From positions 10,375 through 74,374 of the IMG/VR virus record IMGVR_UViG_3300033153_006784: a stretch of DNA of 64,000 nt, one strand, 5' to 3'. The notes under the pieces are model-generated. The model ran no database searches. It worked only from the letters and a program-made list of their open reading frames with translations, and was not told the DNA's origin. Position numbers and translations under genes: made by a program. The DNA comes from a virus (Duplodnaviria; Heunggongvirae; Uroviricota; Caudoviricetes). This document shows positions 27,146 to 35,660 of the stretch, in pieces; within the stretch, counting starts at the first letter, position 1; the number at the start of each line of letters is the position of its first letter.

Positions 27146-27687
27146 AAGACGAGAACAAAACAAAGAAAATTTCAACCAAAGTGGGTATCACTGGAGCACA
27201 CAGTAGCGGTAAAACTACTAGAATTGAATTCATAACAGAAGTTTGTAAATTAATGAGATATCCATATATTATTGTTCCTGAATCAGCTAGGAGAGCTAAA
27301 GAAGTAGGGTTGGATATCAACAAAGAAGCTGATTATAAAGTTCAAAAGTGGATTATGGATGATCAAATAGTAAATGAACTTGATGCAGAACAAGACAGTA
27401 GATATAACACATTAATATTGTGTGATAGGACTGTGTGGGATGTAGTCGTTTATTCTTCATTTGCATTACAACGAGATATGCTAACACTTCCACAATATAA
27501 TATCTTAGAAGGACAAGCTAGACAACATGCAGTATTGTCTCCTTATGATAAAATTTATCTTTGTAAGCCTAGACCAATGATTGATGATGGTATCCGTGAT
27601 ACTGATGTCGAATGGCAAAGGCAACTCTTTGAAAGATTTGAATATTACTTTGCTATCAATGGTATAAGATACGAACTTCTCCGATAG
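27136..27687 (+). CDS. P-loop kinase/ATPase of the NadR C-terminal (ribosylnicotinamide kinase, AAA_28) type
   Basis: Walker A VGITGAHSSGKTT resembles the NadR ribosylnicotinamide-kinase (RNK) domain G(G)ESSGKST. Small size at 183 aa. Confidence 0.45.
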   Translation: MGMKDENKTKKISTKVGITGAHSSGKTTRIEFITEVCKLMRYPYIIVPESARRAKEVGLDINKEADYKVQKWIMDDQIVNELDAEQDSRYNTLILCDRTVWDVVVYSSFALQRDMLTLPQYNILEGQARQHAVLSPYDKIYLCKPRPMIDDGIRDTDVEWQRQLFERFEYYFAINGIRYELLR

Positions 27688-27719
27688 ATTTATAAATAAC
27701 CTCTTTCTATATAGGGTTA

Positions 27720-27793
27720 GTCCTGTTGGTAGAGCTTGGTAACATATCTGCTTGTCGAGCAGATGGTCGTGGGTTCAAATCCCGCACAGGACG
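27720..27793 (+). tRNA. tRNA-Asp (GTC), D arm atypical, no CCA
   Basis: Acceptor gtcctgt/acaggac (perfect), anticodon arm atctgc-ttGTCga-gcagat, T-arm gtggg-ttcaaat-cccgc. Confidence 0.65.
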
Positions 27794-27810
27794 CTTTCAA
27801 GGTGAATAAA

Positions 27811-28110
27811 ATGGATGAACAAAAAACGCAAACACTCATGTACGCAGCACTTCTAGTTAATGCTGGAGGATATGAAATTACAGAAGCAAGATTGCTAAGT
27901 GTAATAAATTCTGCTGGAATAGTGTTTGATAAAATTGAAATAAACAAAGTAGTAACAGCGTTACAGGGTATTGACATCCAAGAGGTTATCAAGAATCCTT
28001 TTGTAGCAGTTGAAAGTGCAGCAATTCTTCCAGAAGAAGAGGATGAAGAAGAAGTTATCGAACCAGAAATAGTAACAGGATTTGACATTCTGTTCGGAAA
28101 GGGCGAGTAA
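27811..28110 (+). CDS. Ribosomal stalk protein P1 (aP1/L12e)-like protein
   Basis: N-terminal YAALLVNAGGYEITEARLLSVINSAGIVFDKIEINKVVTALQGIDIQEVI, acidic EEEDEEE linker and C-terminal GFDILFG. This is the domain order and C-terminal motif (G[FL]xxLFG) of archaeal/eukaryal P1/P2 stalk proteins. The start is placed at the ATG at 27811 to clear tRNA-Asp. Confidence 0.7.
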   Translation: MDEQKTQTLMYAALLVNAGGYEITEARLLSVINSAGIVFDKIEINKVVTALQGIDIQEVIKNPFVAVESAAILPEEEDEEEVIEPEIVTGFDILFGKGE

Positions 28111-28178
28111 TTCAGTCTGGTATGTGAGCCTGTCTTGCAAACAGGAGGTCGTGAGTTCAAATCTCACCTCGTCCACCA
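28101..28178 (+). tRNA. tRNA-Ala (TGC), CCA encoded
   Basis: Acceptor gggcgag/ctcgtcc, anticodon arm cctgt-ctTGCaa-acagg, T-arm gtgag-ttcaaat-ctcac, CCA. The D region is 2 nt longer than canonical. Confidence 0.6.
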
Positions 28179-28185
28179 TTAAAAG

Positions 28186-28779
28186 ATGATTAACATGAGT
28201 AAAGTCGGAGATTATTGGAAAAGTCATATTAATAAAACTAACATGAATTATGAAAAAGATTATGGCGGAGTAGATTATACTGATGCCGTAGTCCTTGATG
28301 TTGGTTGTTCTTTTCACACGCCTGATTTCTTTTTAGATAAAGGTGCAAAGCATGTAATAGGTATAGAAGCAATGCCTTCACGCATGGAAACGATTATAAA
28401 ATATGCCGAGAAGTTTGGTACAGTTACACCTATCACTAAATGGATCAAAAAAGTAGAACATTTAGAAGAAATATATCTAGCACACCCAGAAATAACACAT
28501 GCCAAATATGATTGTGATGGTTGCGAAACTGTCATTATAGATATGAAGCCTGAAATTTTTAGGATACCTAAATATTATGTGATGGAAGTTCATCAACATT
28601 ATTTACCTGTTATGGATTACTATGACAATCCTAAAGTTATAGGTATCTATCAAAAACTCCTTGACAAGTTCGAAGAGTGTGGTTATGAAATTATCTCAGC
28701 CAGTGAGGGCCCACCTGCTAAAGTCCTTGGAGGAAGAGTTTCAGCCGGAAATATTAAAGCCGTGAGAAAAGATGATTAG
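28186..28779 (+). CDS. Putative SAM-dependent methyltransferase (FkbM-like)
   Basis: VVLDVGCSFHTPDFFLDKGAKHVIGIEA (motif-I-like). Confidence 0.4.
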   Translation: MINMSKVGDYWKSHINKTNMNYEKDYGGVDYTDAVVLDVGCSFHTPDFFLDKGAKHVIGIEAMPSRMETIIKYAEKFGTVTPITKWIKKVEHLEEIYLAHPEITHAKYDCDGCETVIIDMKPEIFRIPKYYVMEVHQHYLPVMDYYDNPKVIGIYQKLLDKFEECGYEIISASEGPPAKVLGGRVSAGNIKAVRKDD

Positions 28780-29431
28780 ACATATAGAAGATGTCAGTTT
28801 AGTTGATTATCCCGAACATGTTGCTTCAGTTTTATTTTATGAAAACTGTAACCTGAGATGCCCTTATTGTCACAATCCTGAACTGCTAAGTCCGGGAAAT
28901 GGTCTATATTTTATGGATGTCTTGAAAAAATTAAAAGAGAACCGACTCATTGATGGTGTAGTATTTACTGGTGGTGAACCTTTACTTACCAATGGTCTTG
29001 CGTATGATTTGGCTCAGATAGATGCTCTAGGGTTAGATATTAAACTTGACACAAATGGTCTATTAACATCTAAATTGAAAAATGTATTTATACTGTTAGA
29101 TTATATTGCAATGGATATCAAATCAGACAAATGGGGATACAAACATTTAGGAGCTACCGATCTAGATTTTACGATGGTTCAAGCCAGTATCAAAGCTATC
29201 ATGGATTCTGGAATAGATTACGAGTTTAGATGTACTGCTGTAGATCCGTTCCTTACTGAAAGGTCTACTGATAGTATTGGAAAGTTGGTAGAAGGAGCCA
29301 AGCTGTTTTATATTCAACAACCTAACCTAGTTCATGTGCTTAATCCTGCGTTTTCTATGCGTCCAACCGAAAATCTTATAAAGATCAAAGATATATTAAG
29401 TTCATACGTCAACGAAGTGATAATAAGGTGA
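28772..29431 (+). CDS. Radical SAM protein of the glycyl-radical-activase / QueE-like small type
   Basis: YENCNLRCPYCHN (CxxxCxxC cluster at the N-terminus) plus VVFTGGEPLL. Confidence 0.7.
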   Translation: MIRHIEDVSLVDYPEHVASVLFYENCNLRCPYCHNPELLSPGNGLYFMDVLKKLKENRLIDGVVFTGGEPLLTNGLAYDLAQIDALGLDIKLDTNGLLTSKLKNVFILLDYIAMDIKSDKWGYKHLGATDLDFTMVQASIKAIMDSGIDYEFRCTAVDPFLTERSTDSIGKLVEGAKLFYIQQPNLVHVLNPAFSMRPTENLIKIKDILSSYVNEVIIR

Positions 29432-29597
29432 AAGTCGAAACTATCAGAAGTGATGGAAGAAGATCCGTTGATGATGATATAAAAGATATATTAAGAGGAA
29501 TTGTTGAATGGATTCCTTTTGCTGAATATGGAGAGACTTTGACACTTAAAATATTAATAGAAGACGACATGATAAAGATGATAAAAAAAAGTAGAAA

Positions 29598-29671
29598 GCG
29601 GTTGTGATGTAGTGGTCGCATGGGGGCCTTCCAAGCCCTTCGAGCGGGTTCGATTCCTGCCAACCGCACCA
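29598..29671 (+). tRNA. tRNA-Gly (TCC), CCA encoded
   Basis: Acceptor gcggttg/caaccgc (perfect), anticodon arm ggggc-ctTCCaa-gccct, T-arm gcggg-ttcgatt-cctgc, CCA. Confidence 0.8.
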
Positions 29672-29769
29672 TTTATAGCTAAATTATAATTGAAAACTTT
29701 TAAATATAACTAATCATTTATATAACATGAGAGTCATACCCGTTGTTGAGTGGATACTTCTCTCCACCA

Positions 29770-29783
29770 CAACCTTTTTATAT
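29770..29783 (+). promoter_or_regulatory. BRE/TATA-like promoter AACCTTTTTATATA
   Basis: Exact copy of the recurrent motif in an intergenic region. Confidence 0.45.
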
Positions 29784-29988
29784 AAGTTTAGGAAATTATA
29801 AATTATGTCAACTAAAGAAGAATTCAGTGTAATGAAATATTTGAAAGAAAATAAGTGGAGTACAGGTGTACAAGATGCTATGATAGATTTCATTGCTAGA
29901 ACTATTGAAGGATATGATATGTGTGAAAATGATCTGATAAAACTTTTGTTAGCATGTTCACCACCGCCTCAATCATAAGGATTACATC

Positions 29989-30345
29989 ATGATTGAACTG
30001 TTAATATTAATAATATTTAAATTACTGTGTGGACATGCAATAGCAGACTTTGCACTACAATCTGAATGGATGGCGAAGAATAAGAATCGGAACAATAAAT
30101 CAACCTATGTTCCCGAAGGACAAACGTATGTTGAAACTTGGTTCTATGTCTTGGGAGCACATGGATTCATACATGGTTTCATGGTATATGCTTTAACTGG
30201 TAGTCTATTCCTTGGTATAATAGAAACCATATCACACTTTACAATAGACTTTTTGAAATGTGATAACTACATGAACCCACATCAAGATCAACTATTACAC
30301 ATAGGTTGGAAACTGCTCTATGCTGTGTCTCTGGTATTCATATAG
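29989..30345 (+). CDS. Hypothetical membrane protein
   Basis: Three hydrophobic segments. ORF only. Confidence 0.3.
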   Translation: MIELLILIIFKLLCGHAIADFALQSEWMAKNKNRNNKSTYVPEGQTYVETWFYVLGAHGFIHGFMVYALTGSLFLGIIETISHFTIDFLKCDNYMNPHQDQLLHIGWKLLYAVSLVFI

Positions 30346-30479
30346 AAATATACCGCTAACTCAATTAGTATATAAAGGAAACAGGTATATATCGAATTTT
30401 AGATATATCTCTATTGTCGATCCTTTATATACTATAGCTACATATACATTTATATATGAGTCCTGTACAATATACTGGT

Positions 30480-30665
30480 AGTGAGATAGAACAGTCAGGT
30501 AGTTCGCAAGGCTCATAATAGGGGCAAGAGTGTAAGTAGGCCAACCTTGGATGATGGACACTGGAAACGGTGCTGAACGATTAATTCAAGGCTCTCACCA
30601 TTCTCTCCAATGAGAAACCTTGAGGCGGTAATCCGGTTCCGGAGGTTCAAATCCTCCTCTCGCTA
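30480..30665 (+). tRNA. Intron-containing tRNA with anticodon CAU (Met or Ile2-type) and an extended variable region
   Basis: Acceptor agtgaga/tctcgct, D-arm gaac-agtcaggta-gttc, anticodon stem caagg with loop ctCATa. A roughly 100-nt insert ends in ...aATGAGaa, complementary to the anticodon loop (anticodon-intron pairing). Then the 3' stem ccttg, an 18-nt variable region and T-arm ggagg-ttcaaat-cctcc. No CCA. Identity uncertain. Confidence 0.45.
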
Positions 30666-30677
30666 CCTTTAAGTTAT

Positions 30678-30752
30678 AGCTCTGTAGCTTAATGGTCAAA
30701 GCGGGTGGTTGAAGTCCACTTGTACCATGTTCGATTCATGGCAGGGCCACCA
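30678..30752 (+). tRNA. tRNA-Phe (GAA), CCA encoded
   Basis: D-arm gctt-aatggtca-aagc, anticodon arm ggtgg-ttGAAgt-ccact, T-arm ccatg-ttcgatt-catgg, CCA. Pair 1-72 is an A/C mismatch. Confidence 0.75.
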
Positions 30753-30757
30753 TCAAT

Positions 30758-30834
30758 GGGTGTGTAACTTAGTCAGGTAGAGTATCAGGCTCTTAACTTG
30801 AAGGTCGGGAGTTCAAATCTCTCCATGCCCGCCA
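30758..30834 (+). tRNA. tRNA-Lys (CTT), CCA encoded
   Basis: Acceptor gggtgtg/catgccc with two G.U pairs, anticodon arm tcagg-ctCTTaa-cttga, T-arm gggag-ttcaaat-ctctc, CCA. Confidence 0.7.
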
Positions 30835-30840
30835 AGTCAA

Positions 30841-30916
30841 CTGGATGTAGCAAAATGGTTAATGCATTGGTCTGTAGAGCCAAAAGGTGCAGGTTCGAAT
30901 CCCGCCATCCAGACCA
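30841..30916 (+). tRNA. tRNA-Tyr (GTA), type I (short variable arm), CCA encoded
   Basis: Acceptor ctggatg/catccag (perfect), anticodon arm ttggt-ctGTAga-gccaa, 5-nt variable loop, T-loop ttcgaat, CCA. Confidence 0.75.
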
Positions 30917-30950
30917 CAACACTTAAATATTATAAACGTTTTATAAACTT

Positions 30951-31421
30951 ATGAAACCTATACTTGTCAAGAACTTAGATATAATTAGCTCATTAAAGAC
31001 TAACAAAGAAGCATATAAAGAATTATATGATGCTTTATTGATAGAATGGAAAATTTTAGATGAAGCATACATTAAAGAATATCAAGATTATTCAATAAAA
31101 TATGCTAGGAAAGAATTAACAGAAAACGATGATGAACCATGCCCTCCGCCAAAACCTGTTGACAGAAATAAAGATTACGATTTCTATATTGGATATTTAA
31201 ATACAGATTTAAGAAGCAAATCAGCACAATTAGGACATCAAGAATTACACGAACAAGATTATAGAAAATTCTTCTTAGATGAATGGACTTGGACAGCAGG
31301 ACATTGGAATAACGTAGCTTTCTACGCAAATGCTGTATCTGCGGATAGTATTGGAGTAGCCTCTATTAAATCTAGCTCCGCAAATGTAATACGTAGAGCG
31401 TATAGTGCATACACTCTTTAA
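30951..31421 (+). CDS. Hypothetical protein
   Basis: ORF only. Confidence 0.3.
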   Translation: MKPILVKNLDIISSLKTNKEAYKELYDALLIEWKILDEAYIKEYQDYSIKYARKELTENDDEPCPPPKPVDRNKDYDFYIGYLNTDLRSKSAQLGHQELHEQDYRKFFLDEWTWTAGHWNNVAFYANAVSADSIGVASIKSSSANVIRRAYSAYTL

Positions 31422-31495
31422 TTCCCTTTTTTCTAGTTAAATCTTATAAAAACCTTTATATATTACAGTCTCGCAATATTTATTAGTGAAAAACA

Positions 31496-32515
31496 ATGCA
31501 CATTGTACCACTTATGATATTAGGAATATGTTTATTATCAGCAGGGCTGTTAATATTTAGGAAATACACACAGTATCAAAAAGACGGAGAAATTTCTAAC
31601 AGAGAAGGATACACTCTAGGAATAATGATCTTTTTAATAGCCGTAGTAGCTATCTTAGGAATGAATTCGTTTACAACAGTTGAAGTAGTGCATGCAAAGC
31701 TAGTCATTGACCCGATTACAGGTAAGATTGAAGGGCCTCATCTCGGAGAGAAATGGTTCTTTAGAGCACCTTGGACAAGAACAATGGATATTTACTATGC
31801 TACACTCAGTACAGAAATGTGGACAAACAACGAATTAGATATTGGTCATAAAGATAGAACAGGTGAATATTCAGCAGTTAAAGTTCTTAGTAAAGATGGA
31901 CTTGATATTGAAGTAGACATCTTAATCAGATACAGCTTAGATCCATCAAAATTAATACAGTTATTCCAGAAATATCCAGACCTAATGTACGAGAGAAAAG
32001 CAATATCCTCAGTTGTTAGGGAAGATGTAAGAGATGTAATCAGTAACTATTTAACACTTGAAATTATTGAAGAACGTGAAACACTCAGCGTAGAAATGAC
32101 ACAAAAAATTGTACAGTCACTATCAACAACACCATCACTCGTAGGAGCACTTATAGATATACAAATCGACCTAAGAGACATCGACCCACCTGCATCATTC
32201 AAAACAGCCGTAGCTGAAAAGAAGAAAGCAGAGCAACAAAAATTACAGGCTGAACACGAAAGAGAAACAAAACTTATTCAAGCAGACGCAACAGCACAAG
32301 AATCTATACTGTTAGCATCAGGTTTAGCAGAAGCATCAATCATCCAAGCAAACGCAACTAGACAGGCACTTGAAACAATCACAACACAGATTCCGGCAGA
32401 CATTTATTATAGTCTACAACAGCTAGAGAAAATTGCACCGTATGTTAAGTTCCTAATCTTGAATTCAGGCGATGATGGCGTACCTATTTACTACCAAGTA
32501 CCCACCACACCTTAA
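31496..32515 (+). CDS. SPFH/band-7 (prohibitin/stomatin-like) membrane protein
   Basis: N-terminal TM helices, an SPFH-like core and a C-terminal coiled coil (AEKKKAEQQKLQAEHERETKLIQADATAQES). Confidence 0.65.
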   Translation: MHIVPLMILGICLLSAGLLIFRKYTQYQKDGEISNREGYTLGIMIFLIAVVAILGMNSFTTVEVVHAKLVIDPITGKIEGPHLGEKWFFRAPWTRTMDIYYATLSTEMWTNNELDIGHKDRTGEYSAVKVLSKDGLDIEVDILIRYSLDPSKLIQLFQKYPDLMYERKAISSVVREDVRDVISNYLTLEIIEERETLSVEMTQKIVQSLSTTPSLVGALIDIQIDLRDIDPPASFKTAVAEKKKAEQQKLQAEHERETKLIQADATAQESILLASGLAEASIIQANATRQALETITTQIPADIYYSLQQLEKIAPYVKFLILNSGDDGVPIYYQVPTTP

Positions 32516-32519
32516 CCAC

Positions 32520-32534
32520 AACCTTTTTATAAAA
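32520..32534 (+). promoter_or_regulatory. BRE/TATA-like promoter AACCTTTTTATAAAA
   Basis: Variant of the recurrent motif about 22 nt upstream of the ATG at 32556. Confidence 0.4.
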
Positions 32535-32555
32535 CTCTATCCCTTTATTTATTTA

Positions 32556-33029
32556 ATGAGCAACTCAGAAAAACTTATCGAATTTTGGACTAGAAAATTA
32601 GAAGAAGTATTTCCTAACAGATTGACAACAAGAAATGTTGTTATTAGAGGTGGTAATGGCGTTGAAAGACCTGTATTCACCATTGATAGAGCAATGCGAC
32701 CTGAATTAGATGTGTTAGAGATTGTTGGACAATATCGACTAGGTGCAAGACAGATGGTAAATATGTTTGATTTAGAATCTAGAAATATGGATGCAATGGG
32801 AATAGTGACAGATTCAGCCGAAAGAATGGTACGTAGGGCTTTAGCAGGTAGGTTAATGCAGGATGCAGTAGACTTACTCAGAGAAGGATCTGAAAGATCA
32901 GGTCATATTATGGATAGAGAAATTTTAGTTACTACAAATATGCCCCAAAATATCGGTGCAGTTGTACATCCATTGATACATTCGATGTTATTATCAACAC
33001 CACAATTCTTAAATATGAGAAGATCATAG
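32556..33029 (+). CDS. Hypothetical protein
   Basis: The ORF track frame opens at 32472 inside the upstream gene. The ATG at 32556 (MSNSEKLIEF) follows a promoter motif. Confidence 0.35.
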   Translation: MSNSEKLIEFWTRKLEEVFPNRLTTRNVVIRGGNGVERPVFTIDRAMRPELDVLEIVGQYRLGARQMVNMFDLESRNMDAMGIVTDSAERMVRRALAGRLMQDAVDLLREGSERSGHIMDREILVTTNMPQNIGAVVHPLIHSMLLSTPQFLNMRRS

Positions 33030-33039
33030 AGTTATTGAT

Positions 33040-35625
33040 ATGGTTGTCGGGAGAATAGTCTCCGCTTTCTATAAAGCACAGAAAGGTAGGTTTCCAAGAG
33101 TACATTTTGCTATTAGAACGCCAGAAGGTAAAAAAGTATTTCCTGAACCAGTGTACGTAACTGAAAAGCCTTACTTTTATATTAGAGATGAAGACAGAGA
33201 AGTTGCTAGAGTTACCATGATCTTACTAGGTATGGACTTGGGCGAAGATTTTAAATTTGTTGAGACTGATTATAGTTTTGGCATGGCTAACGGAAAAGTT
33301 GTCAGAGTAGAGTTGTGGGAACCTTGGAGAATAGGAGGTTTAAAAAAGCTATTTAGAAAGAAAAGTATAGAAATATATGAAGCAGACATACCTTATATTA
33401 GGAGACTAAAGATAGATAATGATATCTATTCTGGTATAAAGATTGAAAATGGTAAGTTTTCAGCATATAATGGTGAATTACCAGCACCTAGAATGTTATA
33501 CATTGACATTGAAGTAGACGATTCAAACGGTTTTCCTGAAACTCCCGGTGAGTTTTCAATTTTATGTATAGGAACAACCAATGATAAGGGAATAAACAAA
33601 TATTTCACATGGCAGTGGCCTAATACCACCGAATCAGCTATGATGAAAGACTTCTTTGATTATGCTAAAGAATATGATTATTTGATTGTATGGAATAAAG
33701 ACTTTGAATCAAAACATATACCTATGAGAGCGAGAAAATTAAATATCTGGGTAGAGTGGAAAATATTTAGATGGGTAGACTTGGCAGAATACTACAAGAT
33801 GTACAATCTTCAGTCTCACTATGAAAAATTACCTTATGCTTATCAAAAAACATTAGGAAAATTTAGAAAGAAAATGAAAGATGCAGGCGTTATAAAGTAT
33901 GAAAAGTTAGAAAGGCTCCCGAACTATTACAAGGCATGGAAGTCTAGCCCTGACAGGATGAGGGAAGTAAACATTTCACATGCCTATGCTTTATATGCTA
34001 TGGAGACAGCGATGGAAGTCATAAAGCTATACTCCAGCGTCGCAGATGAAGTTGGAATATTCCCGGACTACACTCACTTAAATTCTCACATAGTAGATAC
34101 AATGGCACTTAGAAAAATTAAGAACAGTAACAAGAGATGGATTATTAACTCATCAGGAGAATTCAGAGGTGGAAAGAAAGGATTCTCTGGAGCGGTAGTT
34201 TTCAAAGCAAAACGAGGAGTACACCCATTCGTGTTTCTGTTCGACTTTACATCACTGTATAATAGAATCATTCAATCTTATCTACTTGATCCAATTGCAT
34301 ATTTCCACTGGAAAGGAACGTTTACAGAAAACGGAGTAGATGAGTATATCAAGTTTGCGAGGACGTTTGGAGAAGTTTATGGTATCGAAGTAGAGTTTGA
34401 AGACGGTATAAAACGGCTACCCATTTTTCCTGCAATTCTACACCAACTAGAACAACGTAGAAACTTTTTAAAAGACGAAAGAAAAAAGCACCCTTACGGC
34501 TCACCACAGTATGAGATGTATGACTCTTTACAGAAAGCAGCCAAAGTAATTCTGCTGGCATGTTATGGAGTCCTTGGGATGTCTTCGAGCAGATGGGCAA
34601 TTGAAAAGGACATACCTGAATCAATGATATTAGTTACCGACAATGTTAGGACACTAGAAGATATTGAAATTGATTACAGAGTTCCCAATAAGCCACAAGA
34701 AAAATTTGTAGGGATGGTAACTTATATTGCAAGGAGTGCGTTGATTGGTTCAAAGGAATTCTTCGATGAAGATAAGAATGTAAACGTAATATATGGCGAC
34801 ACCGATTCAGACTTTGTAAATCCTGTCGATTTGATTGATCCATTGAAATCATACAAAACACTCACCAAAGAGGATTTGGAAAAGCTCTTCGCTTTCGGTA
34901 TGGAATACGGAGACAAGCTAGCAACGTTCTTCTCTGAACGATTCGAGGCAGGAATCGACATGAAACTTGAAAAGATATTCGATAGAGGAGTGTTTGGCAA
35001 AGTTAAAAAGCAATATTATTGTAGGACAATTTGGGATGAGGACTCAGGTTGGCAACTAGATGAAGATGGTAACTTAACATGGTATGAATATACTAAGGGA
35101 CTCCCCCTTGTTCGTTCAGACAGAACGACCTTCTTGAAAAATACACAAAGAGGTACTTTAAAAACGATGTTAGATAATCCACAAGAATTAGAAGCAATGT
35201 GGTCTGTGTTAGCCGAGGACTTTTACAAAAACAAATACGATCACGAACTTATACTAAGGATTGGAATTAAAAGAAGACTTGAAACCTATATCAAAAACAT
35301 AACACCTGTAATCCGAGCAGCTAGAAAGTTAGAAGCCAGAGGTGAAAAGATACGTCCCGGTGAAAAGGTGTCGTTTATAATACAAGACGTTGTAAATAAG
35401 AAAAAAGTATCTGAACCAATAGACGAAGGCTTAGAACCAAAAGACGCTGTAGCTATGTATCCACCTATCACGAAAGCCGCATTAGATTATTACTGGAAGG
35501 ATAGAATATGGAAAAATATCAAGCCTTTCTTAGAGCTAGTGCTGACAGAAAGAGAAATTGTAAAGATAGAACTGGCGAAAAAGAGAATGAAAAGTTTAGA
35601 TTCGTGGTTTAAACCTCAACCGTAA
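33040..35625 (+). CDS. polB: Family B DNA polymerase
   Basis: Exo I LYIDIEVDD, polymerase motif C VIYGDTDSDF (YGDTDS) and a 3'-5' exonuclease-plus-polymerase domain layout at 861 aa. Confidence 0.9.
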   Translation: MVVGRIVSAFYKAQKGRFPRVHFAIRTPEGKKVFPEPVYVTEKPYFYIRDEDREVARVTMILLGMDLGEDFKFVETDYSFGMANGKVVRVELWEPWRIGGLKKLFRKKSIEIYEADIPYIRRLKIDNDIYSGIKIENGKFSAYNGELPAPRMLYIDIEVDDSNGFPETPGEFSILCIGTTNDKGINKYFTWQWPNTTESAMMKDFFDYAKEYDYLIVWNKDFESKHIPMRARKLNIWVEWKIFRWVDLAEYYKMYNLQSHYEKLPYAYQKTLGKFRKKMKDAGVIKYEKLERLPNYYKAWKSSPDRMREVNISHAYALYAMETAMEVIKLYSSVADEVGIFPDYTHLNSHIVDTMALRKIKNSNKRWIINSSGEFRGGKKGFSGAVVFKAKRGVHPFVFLFDFTSLYNRIIQSYLLDPIAYFHWKGTFTENGVDEYIKFARTFGEVYGIEVEFEDGIKRLPIFPAILHQLEQRRNFLKDERKKHPYGSPQYEMYDSLQKAAKVILLACYGVLGMSSSRWAIEKDIPESMILVTDNVRTLEDIEIDYRVPNKPQEKFVGMVTYIARSALIGSKEFFDEDKNVNVIYGDTDSDFVNPVDLIDPLKSYKTLTKEDLEKLFAFGMEYGDKLATFFSERFEAGIDMKLEKIFDRGVFGKVKKQYYCRTIWDEDSGWQLDEDGNLTWYEYTKGLPLVRSDRTTFLKNTQRGTLKTMLDNPQELEAMWSVLAEDFYKNKYDHELILRIGIKRRLETYIKNITPVIRAARKLEARGEKIRPGEKVSFIIQDVVNKKKVSEPIDEGLEPKDAVAMYPPITKAALDYYWKDRIWKNIKPFLELVLTEREIVKIELAKKRMKSLDSWFKPQP

Positions 35626-35637
35626 CCTTTTTATATA
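35624..35637 (+). promoter_or_regulatory. BRE/TATA-like promoter AACCTTTTTATATA
   Basis: Spans the polB stop. About 23 nt upstream of the ATG at 35661. Confidence 0.45.
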
Positions 35638-35660
35638 AGAAATATATCATTATATACATA

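Noticed and set aside
27717-28160. 147-aa minus-strand ORF
   Set aside because: It lies antisense to tRNA-Asp, the P1-like gene and tRNA-Ala, and its low-complexity Ser-rich translation is typical of an antisense artefact.
29804-29978. Apparent 57-aa small gene after the promoter motif at 29770
   Set aside because: On careful re-reading the ATG at 29804 hits a stop after 16 codons, because of gaagaaAtt. Only a 48-aa frame from 29832 remains. It is too weak to call without conservation data.
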